From Elusimicrobiota bacterium (lineage in GTDB: Bacteria > Elusimicrobiota > Elusimicrobia > UBA1565 > JACRDR01): a DNA stretch of 64,000 nucleotides. Below the pieces are notes generated by a model that made no database searches, had not been told where the DNA came from, and saw only the letters and a program-made list of their open reading frames with translations. Positions 52,643-61,188 of this stretch are shown here, piece after piece (position 1 is the stretch's first letter; every line of letters starts with the position of its first letter). The position numbers and the translations under genes were made by a program. The stretch lies in NCBI GenBank assembly GCA_026388115.1, contig JAPLKK010000033.1, positions 2,470 to 66,469 on the forward strand, in the 5' to 3' direction.

Positions 52643-53047
52643 ATGGACATCAAGATCGCTTTCCCCGGAAACAAGAAGGTCTCGGCCGAGTTCGACGGCA
52701 TGACGGTGCTGACCGATCAGCCGAAGGAGTCGGGCGGCGACGGCACGGCGCCCAGCCCCTTCCAGCTCTTCTTGGCGTCGCTGGGGACCTGCGCGGGCAT
52801 CTTCGCGCTGAGCTTCTGCAGGAAACGCGACCTCTCGACCAAGGGGCTGGAGATCGTCCAGCACGTCGATTGGGACGACACCGAGCACCGCGCCACGAAG
52901 ATCACTTTCGACGTCATCTTGCCGGACGGATTCCCCGAGAAATACCGCGACGCGCTCGTGTCGGCCGTGAACCTATGCACGGTCAAGAAGCATCTGCTCC
53001 AGCCGCCCGCGCTCATCACGCGGACGCTGACCCGCGCCGCGGGCTGA
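52643..53047 (+). CDS. OsmC-family protein
   Basis: TDQPKESGGDGTAPSPFQLFLASLGTCAG, CTVKKHL. Confidence 0.92.
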   Translation: MDIKIAFPGNKKVSAEFDGMTVLTDQPKESGGDGTAPSPFQLFLASLGTCAGIFALSFCRKRDLSTKGLEIVQHVDWDDTEHRATKITFDVILPDGFPEKYRDALVSAVNLCTVKKHLLQPPALITRTLTRAAG

Positions 53048-53056
53048 CCCGCCGGC

Positions 53057-53434
53057 TCAGCCCCACCAGACGCCGCAGCCTTGCGCGCGCAACTCGCTCG
53101 CCAGCCCAGCCTCACGCCGCTCCGCCTCCGCGCGCGTCCTCATCGGATTGTGATGTTCGTAAAGCTCGCGCTTGAGGAAGCGTCCATACTCCCGCACGTA
53201 GCGGTTCGATAGGTTGCGGGAAAAATCGCCCAGGGGCTTGGCGCAGATGCAGGAGAAGCGGATCACCGGCCCGTGGCACTCCTTGTGCTGGCGGTAGCGG
53301 CAATCGGGCTCATGAGCCGACTGGCCGACATAGTAGCAGGGCGCGTCCGAAGCGAGCCCCGGGTTGCGGTCGCGAAAGCGCGCGCTCTTCTTCACGGCGG
53401 GGTCGAGAGCGACGACGTACACGTAGTACGGCAC
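53057..53434 (-). CDS. Small GIY-YIG-like protein
   Basis: YYVYVV...YYVGQS, R..QH, EAERRE..LR. Confidence 0.7.
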   Translation of the reverse strand: MPYYVYVVALDPAVKKSARFRDRNPGLASDAPCYYVGQSAHEPDCRYRQHKECHGPVIRFSCICAKPLGDFSRNLSNRYVREYGRFLKRELYEHHNPMRTRAEAERREAGLASELRAQGCGVWWG

Positions 53435-53444
53435 GCTCGCGACC

Positions 53445-54590
53445 CTAGTCTTCTTTCCCTGCCTTCACGCGCGGCGGGCGGCCGGAGGCGAGCCAGTTCA
53501 GATACTCGTGGATGAAGGCGTCCAGGTCGCCGTCCATCACGAGGTCGATGCGCGACGTCTCGCGGCCGGTGCGCAGGTCCTTGACCATCTGATAGGGCAT
53601 GAAGACGTAGGAGCGGATCTGGTGGCCCCAGGCGATGTCGCCCTTGTCGTCGTAATGCTTCTCGGCGGCGGCGCGCTTCTTGTCCAGCTGGATCTGGTAG
53701 AGGCGGGCCTTCAGCATCTTCATGCAGTTGAGGCGGTTCGCCAGCTGGGAGCGCTCGGTCTGGCAGGCGACGACGATGCCGGTCGGGATATGGGTGAAGC
53801 GCACCGCGGTCTCCACCTTGTTGACGTTCTGCCCGCCGTGGCCGCCCGCGCGGAAGGTGTCGACGTTGATCTCGGAATCGGCGACCTCGATCTCGATGTC
53901 CTCCTCGATGTCGGGGAGCACGTCCACGGAGGCGAAGGAGGTGTGCCGCCGCTTGGCGGAGTCGAACGGCGAGATGCGGACCAGGCGGTGCACGCCGATC
54001 TCGCTCTTCGTGTAGCCGTAGGCGTGGTCGCCGCGCACGAAGGCGGTCACGCTCTTGACCCCCGCCTCCTCGCCTTTCAGGATGTCGGTGATGACGAACT
54101 GAAAGCCGTGCTGCTCGCACCAGCGGGTGTACATGCGCAAGAGCATCTCCGCCCAGTCGCACGCCTCCGTGCCGCCGGCGCCGGCGTGGATGGAGAAGAT
54201 GGCGTCCATGCCGTCGAACTCGCCGGAGAGCTTGAGGCGGCTGTCCGTGTCCTCGAGCTGGCGCACCAGGCCATCGATGCCGCCGACCACCTCCTTCAGC
54301 TCGGCGGTGTCGTCGACCTCCTGGGCCAGCTCGATATGCGCCTGCAGGTCGCCGAGGGCCCGTGTGGCCTTGTCGAACTCGGCGACGAGCTTCTTGATGT
54401 CGTTGAGCTCCTTGGAGCGCTTCTTGGCCTTGGCGGAGTCGGCCCAGAACGCCGGCTGCGCCGCCTCCGCCTCCCGCGCCAGGATGTCCTGGCGCTTGAC
54501 GGGAACATGGATCAGCTTCTCCAGGCGCGCCAGCGTCTCGCGGCACTTGCCCAAGCGGTCGCCGGCTTCACGGAAAGCTGGGTCTGCCAT
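53445..54590 (-). CDS. prfB: Peptide chain release factor 2 (no programmed frameshift)
   Basis: [27 protein letters not shown]; one continuous ORF. Confidence 0.96.
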   Translation of the reverse strand: MADPAFREAGDRLGKCRETLARLEKLIHVPVKRQDILAREAEAAQPAFWADSAKAKKRSKELNDIKKLVAEFDKATRALGDLQAHIELAQEVDDTAELKEVVGGIDGLVRQLEDTDSRLKLSGEFDGMDAIFSIHAGAGGTEACDWAEMLLRMYTRWCEQHGFQFVITDILKGEEAGVKSVTAFVRGDHAYGYTKSEIGVHRLVRISPFDSAKRRHTSFASVDVLPDIEEDIEIEVADSEINVDTFRAGGHGGQNVNKVETAVRFTHIPTGIVVACQTERSQLANRLNCMKMLKARLYQIQLDKKRAAAEKHYDDKGDIAWGHQIRSYVFMPYQMVKDLRTGRETSRIDLVMDGDLDAFIHEYLNWLASGRPPRVKAGKED

Positions 54591-54617
54591 CGACGTATTT
54601 TAGGATATCGGAAGGAC

Positions 54618-55580
54618 TTATGAACCCTCACCCCGACCCTCTCCCGCCGTTGGCGGGAGAGGGAGAGCGTGGTATACGGCGAGGGCTTCCTGCACGGTTC
54701 GGGCATGGAGGGCCACGGTGTCCTCGAGCTTGGGGGCATAGCCCCCGCCCAGCGTCAAGACGACCGGGATGCGCCGGTCCTCGCAGGCGGCGAACACGAA
54801 CTGGTCGCGCGCGGCGATGCCGTTGGCGGTCAGCTTCAGGCTCGCCAAGAGGTCGCGCTCGTGCACGTCCACGCCGGCCTGATAGACGACGAGGCCCGGC
54901 TCGTGACCGTCCAGAGCGGTAGGCAGGCGCGAGCGCAAGAGCTCCAGATACTCGATGTCGCGCGTCCCGGTGGGCAGCTCGATGTCCATCGTGCTCTTCT
55001 GGCGAGGCTGGGGATAGCCGTCCTTCTGATGCATCGAGAAGGTGAACACGTCCGGCTCGCCGGCGAAGATCGACGCCGTGCCGTTGCCCTGGTGCGCGTC
55101 GAGGTCGACGACGAGGGCGCGCCGCACGACCTTCTCGCGCCGCAAGGTCTCGATGGCGAATGCGATGTCGTTGAACATGCAGAAGCCCTCGCCATGGTCG
55201 CGGAAAGCGTGATGCGCGCCGCCGCCGATGTGCAGGCCCAGGCCGCCCTCGAGCGCCAGCCGCGCGGCCGCGAGGGTCCCCCCCGCCGCGAGCGCGTGCG
55301 CCTCCATCCCCGGGCGCGACCATGGCAGCTCCATCATGGTCTCCTCGTCCAAGGTGAGCGCGCCGGTGCCCGCGCGGCGGACCCAATCGGCGGCGTGCAC
55401 GAGCCCCAGCGCCTCGGGAGACGGCATCTCAGGCTCGACGCGCCGGTCCGCATCGAGCGCGCCCTCCGCCATGAGCTTCTCGGCGGTGCGCTGGAACTTC
55501 AGGGTGGGAAACGTGTGCGCGCCGATATCGACGGTATAACGCGCCGAAAAGACCCAGTGGAAGAGGTTGGTGTTAGTCGT
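54618..55580 (-). CDS. Histone-deacetylase-family protein (probable ACG start)
   Basis: VDIGAHTFP, GGGAHHA, GFCMFND, DLDAHQGNGT, AGVD, GGGY; conserved N-terminus lies upstream of the first ATG (55472). Confidence 0.9.
   Translation of the reverse strand, partial: TTNTNLFHWVFSARYTVDIGAHTFPTLKFQRTAEKLMAEGALDADRRVEPEMPSPEALGLVHAADWVRRAGTGALTLDEETMMELPWSRPGMEAHALAAGGTLAAARLALEGGLGLHIGGGAHHAFRDHGEGFCMFNDIAFAIETLRREKVVRRALVVDLDAHQGNGTASIFAGEPDVFTFSMHQKDGYPQPRQKSTMDIELPTGTRDIEYLELLRSRLPTALDGHEPGLVVYQAGVDVHERDLLASLKLTANGIAARDQFVFAACEDRRIPVVLTLGGGYAPKLEDTVALHARTVQEALAVYHALPLPPTAGEGRGEGS
54625..54663 (-). repeat. Palindromic REP-like element forming the HDAC C-terminus
   Basis: CCCTCACCCCGA-CCCTCTCCCGCC-GTT-GGCGGGAGAGGG; translated as LPLPPTAGEGRGEG. 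Confidence 0.9.
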
Positions 55581-56379
55581 TGGTGAGCTGGAAGTAGACG
55601 GATTGCTTTCTGTGCGAGCGGACGGGAACCGACGCTCTCAGCTCGGGCTCGAAGCGCATGATCCTGCCGACGGACCTGGCGGCGTCGTCGAAAAAATCGC
55701 CGGCGGAGCCGGCGACCGCCACGTCCCGCACCACGCCGTGATCGTCGATATCGAGCTCAAGCACCACCTTGCCCTGCCGGCCGGCGCGCCGCTCGACCTC
55801 GGGGTACAGGCGCTTGAGGCTCGCCATCACTTCTTCCTTGTTGATCAGCCTGGGCGGGCGATTTACGAGGTCCCCCCCGGTGCCGGAGCCACCGGTCCCG
55901 AGACCTTGTCCGTTCATCCCACCGGGGCCCGTGCCGTCTTTGGAGGTGAAGGCGGGCCGCTGCACTGCCGACGAGCCGTCGAGCGTGGGCTTGTTCAGGA
56001 CCTTGGTGTCCGGGGTCGGCAGGACCCAAGGCTGGGGCTTGGCGCCGGTCACCGGGCCCTCCTCGGCCTGCTTCGGCACGTTCGAGGGCTTCGTCTGCTC
56101 GGGCGGCAGGGGCAAGGGGACGGGCGCGCGCTGGAAGGTCAGCGGCGCGGGAGCGCCCTTCATCGCTCCCGGCAGGCGGTGGTCGTTGGGGTCGCGCGGG
56201 CGGAACGGCGTGCGGATGTCGACGTCGATGACCTCCGGCTTGTACTCGCTGATGGGCGTCAGCGCGCGCTTGCGCTCGATCCAGCCGAACAAGAGCAGGT
56301 GAGCCGCCAATGAGACGCCGAGCGAGGCCCGAAAGAGCGCGGGACCGCGGACGGACCTGGCGGGCAGCGCCAGGGTCAC
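55573..56379 (-). CDS. TonB-family energy transducer
   Basis: TM SLAAH motif, Pro-rich linker, YPEVERRAGRQGKV TonB-C domain. Confidence 0.88.
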   Translation of the reverse strand: MTLALPARSVRGPALFRASLGVSLAAHLLLFGWIERKRALTPISEYKPEVIDVDIRTPFRPRDPNDHRLPGAMKGAPAPLTFQRAPVPLPLPPEQTKPSNVPKQAEEGPVTGAKPQPWVLPTPDTKVLNKPTLDGSSAVQRPAFTSKDGTGPGGMNGQGLGTGGSGTGGDLVNRPPRLINKEEVMASLKRLYPEVERRAGRQGKVVLELDIDDHGVVRDVAVAGSAGDFFDDAARSVGRIMRFEPELRASVPVRSHRKQSVYFQLTND

Positions 56380-56774
56380 GGCCGCACCTCAAGGCCGATG
56401 CGCTTGATGCCGGAGCCCTTGATCGTGTCGAGCACGCCGACGATCTCGCCGTAGGGCAGCTTCTCGTCGGCGGCCAGCGCCACGTGCGTCGCCGGCTCGA
56501 TGTCCAATAGGCGCTTGAGCTCGCGCTCCAGGTCGGGCAGCGTGAGCTTGCGGCCCTCGTAGATCAGCTCGTGCTTGTCGTTGAGCTCGACGCGCACGGT
56601 CTGCGTCGCCGCGCGCTCCGATTTGGCCGAGCGCGGCAGCTGGATGTTGAGGGCGCGGCGCGAGAGCAGCGGCGCCGTCGCCATGAAGATGATCAGCAGG
56701 ACCAGCACCACGTCCACCATGGGCGTGATGTTGATGTTGGTGATCGGGTCCTGGTCTTCGGCCGTCCCCGCCAT
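56376..56774 (-). CDS. exbD: ExbD/TolR-family protein
   Basis: INITPMVDVVLVLLIIFM, ADEKLPYG. Confidence 0.9.
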   Translation of the reverse strand: MAGTAEDQDPITNINITPMVDVVLVLLIIFMATAPLLSRRALNIQLPRSAKSERAATQTVRVELNDKHELIYEGRKLTLPDLERELKRLLDIEPATHVALAADEKLPYGEIVGVLDTIKGSGIKRIGLEVRP

Positions 56775-56777
56775 CGG

Positions 56778-57398
56778 CTACCTCGTCTTCAGCCGGGCCA
56801 GCAGGAGCCGGTTCAAGGACTCCATGCCGGCCGTAAGGTCCTTCACGCGCTTCTGATAGAAATTGTAGGCGACCACGCAGGGGATGGCCACGAAGAGGCC
56901 GACCGCCGTGGCCAACAGCGCCTGGGAGAGGCCCTGCATCACCGCCTCGGGGCCGGCGCCCGCGTTGGCCGAGAGATCGTGGAAGGCCTTGATGACGCCC
57001 AGCACCGTGCCGAAGAGGCCGACGAACGGCGCGTTGTTTCCGAGCGTGCCGAGGATCAGCAGCCGGTGCTCGACGTCCTGGCGGCAGGCGAGGCTCTCGG
57101 CGGCCATCACCTCCTCGGCCACGGCCGGCCCGGCCTTGGCGTGGGCGAGGCCCACGCACAGCACGCGGCTGGCCATGCCCGGCACCTTGGCCGCCTCCTT
57201 GGCGACCTCGGCGAGGTCGTCGACGCCGAGGCGCTGCTCCACGCAGCCGCGCAGCGATCGAAGCCCCTTGAGCTCGCGCATGAGGACGACGGCGCGCTCG
57301 ATGATGATGGCGAGGGCGAGCACCGAGCAGGCGAGCAAGAGATAGATGACCCAGTCGCCGCCCGTCAACGCGAGGCGCCGCAGTCCTTCGAGGTTCAT
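56778..57398 (-). CDS. exbB: MotA/TolQ/ExbB proton-channel protein
   Basis: LGTLGNNAPFVGLFGTVLG, ALLATAVGLFVAIP. Confidence 0.9.
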   Translation of the reverse strand: MNLEGLRRLALTGGDWVIYLLLACSVLALAIIIERAVVLMRELKGLRSLRGCVEQRLGVDDLAEVAKEAAKVPGMASRVLCVGLAHAKAGPAVAEEVMAAESLACRQDVEHRLLILGTLGNNAPFVGLFGTVLGVIKAFHDLSANAGAGPEAVMQGLSQALLATAVGLFVAIPCVVAYNFYQKRVKDLTAGMESLNRLLLARLKTR

Positions 57399-58975
57399 TT
57401 GGGCTGCAGCCTGGCGAGGCGCATGAGCGCGCCGGCCATCTCCGCTTTGACGAAGTTGTTATGCTCGTTGCTCAGCGCCTGCAGGATGCGCGGGTAATCC
57501 TCGGCCACGCCGAACTTGCCGAGGGTGCGGATGGCGAGCGAGCGCACGACCCAGTCCGGGTCGTCCCAGTGGCGGATCAGCGTATCGCGCCCGGAGGCGT
57601 CGCCGCGGCGCAGCAGCACGCCGGCCGCGTACACCTGCAGGAACATGGAGGGATCCAGGCGCGACACGTTGCCGATATCCTCCATCGCCCCCTCCTTGCC
57701 CCACACCTCCAAGCCCTCCACCGCGGCGAAGCGCAGGGTGAAGTCCTGGGAATTGATGGCCTCCATGAACATCCCGCGGTCGCCCTGGTCCTGGTTGTAC
57801 GCCAGGGCCATGATCGCGGCCGCGCGCACGGTGGAGTTGGTCCCCGCGTGCGCCACGCTGAGGATCTGCTGGCGCAGCAGGAGGTCCGAGGAGCCGGCCA
57901 AGCCCTCGGTCAGCAGGAACGCGAGCTCCGTGTACCGGATCTTGAGCAGGAAGCCCGCGGGCGAGACGAGATTATTGAGCGTCTGCACGGATGGGTTCTG
58001 CTGCATGTCTTGCGTCGGCCGCCAATCGGGCGTCTGCAAGAGGCGCAGGAGGTTCACGTTGATGCGCGTATCGATGAGCGCCGTGGCCGGTATCGGCAGG
58101 CGCGGCTTGGTGACGATGAGGGGGTCGAGCTCGTCCTCGCCGGTGGGCGACACCGCGGCCGGCGTCGTCGCGGGCGTTTCCGGCGCCTCCTTCTTCGGGA
58201 AGAGCTTCAGCGCCGCGATCGCCATCTCGGCGACGACGAAATTGTTGGTCTGCTCGCGGCCCATGCGGTCGAGCATCAGGTCGTAGTCGTCGCCGATGCC
58301 GAAATCGCCCAGGTAGCGGGCCGCCATGGCCTTGGCGAGCCAGTCGCTCGAATCGAGCTGCTGCAGAAGGTACTCGCGCCCCTTGTCGTCGCCTCGGCGC
58401 AGGAGCGCCTGCGCGGCGAACACCTTGAGGATCGGCTGGTTGTCGCTGAGCATGACACGCTCAAGGATCTGCTTGACGTCGGGGTCCTTGTTCCAGGCCA
58501 TCAGCGCTTCCATGCCCCCCCAGCGCACCGCCGGGTCGGGATTGTTGACGGCCTCGTTGCACCACTTGCCCGCTTCGGGGTCCTTGCGCACGGCCAACTG
58601 CGACAGGCCGATGGAACGGATCTCCGGGTAGCGGTCCCAGCGCGCCAGCTCCAGCATCTGGTCGTGCAACCGCGGGTCCTCGGTAGGCGCCAGGGCCTCG
58701 GCCAGCGGGATGCCGAGGTGCATGTAGCGGTTGCGCAGGTGGTAGCCCATCGGCGTGCCCAGGGTGATGAGGTCCTTGAGCGCCGTATTCTTGTAATCGT
58801 CGTTCGTCGGCCGCGTGTTGTCCTTCACGTCCATGAGCTGCAGCAAGGTGGTGACGATCTGCGGGTCCGACTGCATGCTGGGACCGGCCGTGAAGCCGCT
58901 TCCCGGAGCCTGAGCGAAGGAGGCGCAGCTGAGATTCAGAAAGGAGCCGGCGAGCACGAAGGCTATCGATCGCAT
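57395..58975 (-). CDS. Exported HEAT-repeat protein with an internal two-fold duplication
   Basis: Signal peptide; HEAT motifs DPAVRWGG and DWVVRSLAIRTLG; two homologous halves; ATGA overlap with exbB. Confidence 0.82.
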   Translation of the reverse strand: MRSIAFVLAGSFLNLSCASFAQAPGSGFTAGPSMQSDPQIVTTLLQLMDVKDNTRPTNDDYKNTALKDLITLGTPMGYHLRNRYMHLGIPLAEALAPTEDPRLHDQMLELARWDRYPEIRSIGLSQLAVRKDPEAGKWCNEAVNNPDPAVRWGGMEALMAWNKDPDVKQILERVMLSDNQPILKVFAAQALLRRGDDKGREYLLQQLDSSDWLAKAMAARYLGDFGIGDDYDLMLDRMGREQTNNFVVAEMAIAALKLFPKKEAPETPATTPAAVSPTGEDELDPLIVTKPRLPIPATALIDTRINVNLLRLLQTPDWRPTQDMQQNPSVQTLNNLVSPAGFLLKIRYTELAFLLTEGLAGSSDLLLRQQILSVAHAGTNSTVRAAAIMALAYNQDQGDRGMFMEAINSQDFTLRFAAVEGLEVWGKEGAMEDIGNVSRLDPSMFLQVYAAGVLLRRGDASGRDTLIRHWDDPDWVVRSLAIRTLGKFGVAEDYPRILQALSNEHNNFVKAEMAGALMRLARLQPK

Positions 58976-59012
58976 CGAATGGCGCCCGAGGCGCAAAAAG
59001 CATTGTAATTCT

Positions 59013-59867
59013 TCACGGTTTCGGAAACAAGGAGCAGGCACGCAGGTCTCTTACGAACCCCTCCTTCATCGGCGCGCCCGGCCAGGGCAGCCACCCCGGC
59101 TCGGGGGCGAACTCGACGGAGGTGCCGCCGCAGCGCGCTTCGATCCAGCCCGGACGGCCGGCGGAAAGCGTCCAGCCCTTGAGCCAGAGCTCGCCGGGCC
59201 TCATCCCGTCCACGAAAACGACGGCGGCGCGAGGATGAAGGAGCAGCACGGCCGCTCTGGCCGCGCTGAGCCGGCACGCCCGCGCGCGCCGGACAACGAG
59301 GTCATGGCAGGCGCCGCGGCCGATGAGGGCCGCCTCGCGGCGCAACGCCCGCCGCGCCCGCGCCCGCCGCGCCAAGAGCCCAAAGCGGCCGAGGATGAGC
59401 GCGAGGAAAGCGGCAACGACGCTTGCCCTCACCCTACCCTCTCCCGAACGTCGGGAGAGGGAAAGAGGCCGTTCTCCCTCTCCCACCGAAGGCGGGAGAG
59501 GGCCGGGGTGAGGGCAAATCCTCCACTGTCCGAACCGCTCTCGCACCGCTTCCAGCCGGCCCGAGCCGTCCGCGGCTTCGAAGGACACGCGCGCTCGATT
59601 CCAGTCCTCCATCGCGAGCCCCACCCGGCTCCCCGGCCGCGCCTCGGCCGGGATGCGCTCATGGCGCCAGCCCTCGCCGGGCCACGATGCCACGCGTTGG
59701 GCCAGATACGGCTCGTTTCCATACAGATAAGCGACCCGCTCCAACCCGTCCGGACCGCGCGCGGCCTCGGATATCACGATGGCCGGATCCAGCCGCCCGG
59801 GGCCGCCGACCCTGTCGAGGGGCCCGCCAGGCTGGGAAAGGAAAAGCGCCAGAGCCGCGGTGATCAT
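59013..59867 (-). CDS. Hypothetical membrane protein carrying an in-frame palindromic insertion
   Basis: Start MITAALALFL; TM VVAAFLALILG; insertion read as CPHPGPLPP..GEG..LSLSRRSGEGRVR. Confidence 0.6.
   Translation of the reverse strand: MITAALALFLSQPGGPLDRVGGPGRLDPAIVISEAARGPDGLERVAYLYGNEPYLAQRVASWPGEGWRHERIPAEARPGSRVGLAMEDWNRARVSFEAADGSGRLEAVRERFGQWRICPHPGPLPPSVGEGERPLSLSRRSGEGRVRASVVAAFLALILGRFGLLARRARARRALRREAALIGRGACHDLVVRRARACRLSAARAAVLLLHPRAAVVFVDGMRPGELWLKGWTLSAGRPGWIEARCGGTSVEFAPEPGWLPWPGAPMKEGFVRDLRACSLFPKP
59423..59517. repeat. Inverted pair of REP-like elements (BIME-like composite) inside a CDS
   Basis: TTGCCCTCACC...GGTGAGGGCAA bounding two CCCTCTCCC/GGGAGAGGG hairpins. Confidence 0.9.
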
Positions 59868-59924
59868 CGCCCGGTTCGACACCGGAGAGGTTGATTTGTT
59901 CCCGGTTGCGGCTATACTGGGTGC

Positions 59925-60647
59925 ATGGGAAGAGCACAGGGCGCGCTGCTCGGGCTGCTGAGCCTGGCGGGCGTGGGCGCCTTCGCGGCCTACAAGAAGC
60001 TCGGCTCCGTCATCAAGGACCGGCTCGAACGCTACGCGTCCAAAGCCGCCGGCACGGCGGTCTCCGTGCGCGAGGTCTCGGTCAACCCGTGGACCGGCGC
60101 GGGGAGCATCCGCGGATTGGTCATCGGCAACCCCGCCGGCTTCAAGACGGAAAGCGTTTTTCGCGTCGACGATATCCGCGTCCGGCTGGAGCCGAAGACG
60201 CTCCTGAGCGGGACCATCCGCATCAAGGAAATGGTGCTCGACAGCCCCGTGCTCACCTGGGAGCTCGGCCCGGGCGGAGGAAACCTCGGACGCATCCGGA
60301 AGAACCTCGAAGCCCGGACCGGAACGAAGGTCAAGAACGGGAAAAGAGCCGTCAGCGAAACCTCCGAGCGAAGGCTCATCGTCGAGCGCTTCGTCCTCAG
60401 GAACGCGCGGCTGCGCGTCGCCCGCTCGGGCCTGGACGGCCCGGTGCTCCTGCCCATGCCGGATCTCAAGCTCGAAGGCCTGGGGGAAGGACGCGGAGGC
60501 GACAGCGCGCAGCAGATACTTTCGCAGATCCTCGACGCGACGATCCGCTCGGGACTCGACGCCGCGGGCGGGGCGGGCGACGTCCTGCGTTCGGCGGGAA
60601 AGGCGATCTCGAAGACGCTGGGGAGTCTTTTCAAGAAGAAGAGCTGA
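59925..60647 (+). CDS. AsmA-like protein
   Basis: N-terminal TM, IRGLVIGNPAGF, LLSGTIRIKEMVLDSP; TTGATT, 16 nt, TATACT promoter. Confidence 0.75.
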   Translation: MGRAQGALLGLLSLAGVGAFAAYKKLGSVIKDRLERYASKAAGTAVSVREVSVNPWTGAGSIRGLVIGNPAGFKTESVFRVDDIRVRLEPKTLLSGTIRIKEMVLDSPVLTWELGPGGGNLGRIRKNLEARTGTKVKNGKRAVSETSERRLIVERFVLRNARLRVARSGLDGPVLLPMPDLKLEGLGEGRGGDSAQQILSQILDATIRSGLDAAGGAGDVLRSAGKAISKTLGSLFKKKS

Positions 60648-60660
60648 TTTTTCCGCCCAC

Positions 60661-61188
60661 ATGCCGCCTTTGAAGGACGCGCTGCGCCGTGCGCTCGCCA
60701 AGCAGAAACCCCGCCGGGAGCCGATGGATGGATCGATCCGCGCGGCGGTGCTCGTGCCGATGCTCGGCGGCCGAGAGCCGCGGCTCCTCTTCATAGAGCG
60801 CACGGCCCACGCGCTCGACCCGCACTCCGGGCAGATCAGCTTTCCCGGCGGCCGCTGGCACGCCGGCGACACCGACGCCGTGGCGACGGCCTTGCGCGAG
60901 GCGGAAGAGGAACTGGGGCTCGGCAGGGATGCGGTCGAGGTGCTCGGCTGTCTCGCCGAGCGGCGCACGATCACGGGCTTCGCCATCACGCCGGTCATCG
61001 GCTGGATCGAGACCTGCCCGCCGCTCACGCCGCAGGCCGCCGAAGTGGCCGACTGTTTCCAGGTGAGCATCGGCGAATTGTCAGGGACCCGCGAGAACGG
61101 ACGCCTCGAGTATCATGCGGACGGCCGGGTGATCTGGGGCGCGACGGCGCGGATCACGTCGGAGCTGCTGGAGCTTTTGGCTAAATAA
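60661..61188 (+). CDS. Nudix hydrolase, CoA pyrophosphatase-like
   Basis: AAVLVP, HSGQISFPGG, ALREAEEELG, IWGATARI. Confidence 0.9.
   Translation: MPPLKDALRRALAKQKPRREPMDGSIRAAVLVPMLGGREPRLLFIERTAHALDPHSGQISFPGGRWHAGDTDAVATALREAEEELGLGRDAVEVLGCLAERRTITGFAITPVIGWIETCPPLTPQAAEVADCFQVSIGELSGTRENGRLEYHADGRVIWGATARITSELLELLAK

Noticed and set aside
59868-61070. N-terminal 400 aa of the 59013-61070 minus-strand ORF
   Set aside because: It overlaps convincing plus-strand AsmA-like and Nudix genes; the real start is more likely 59867.
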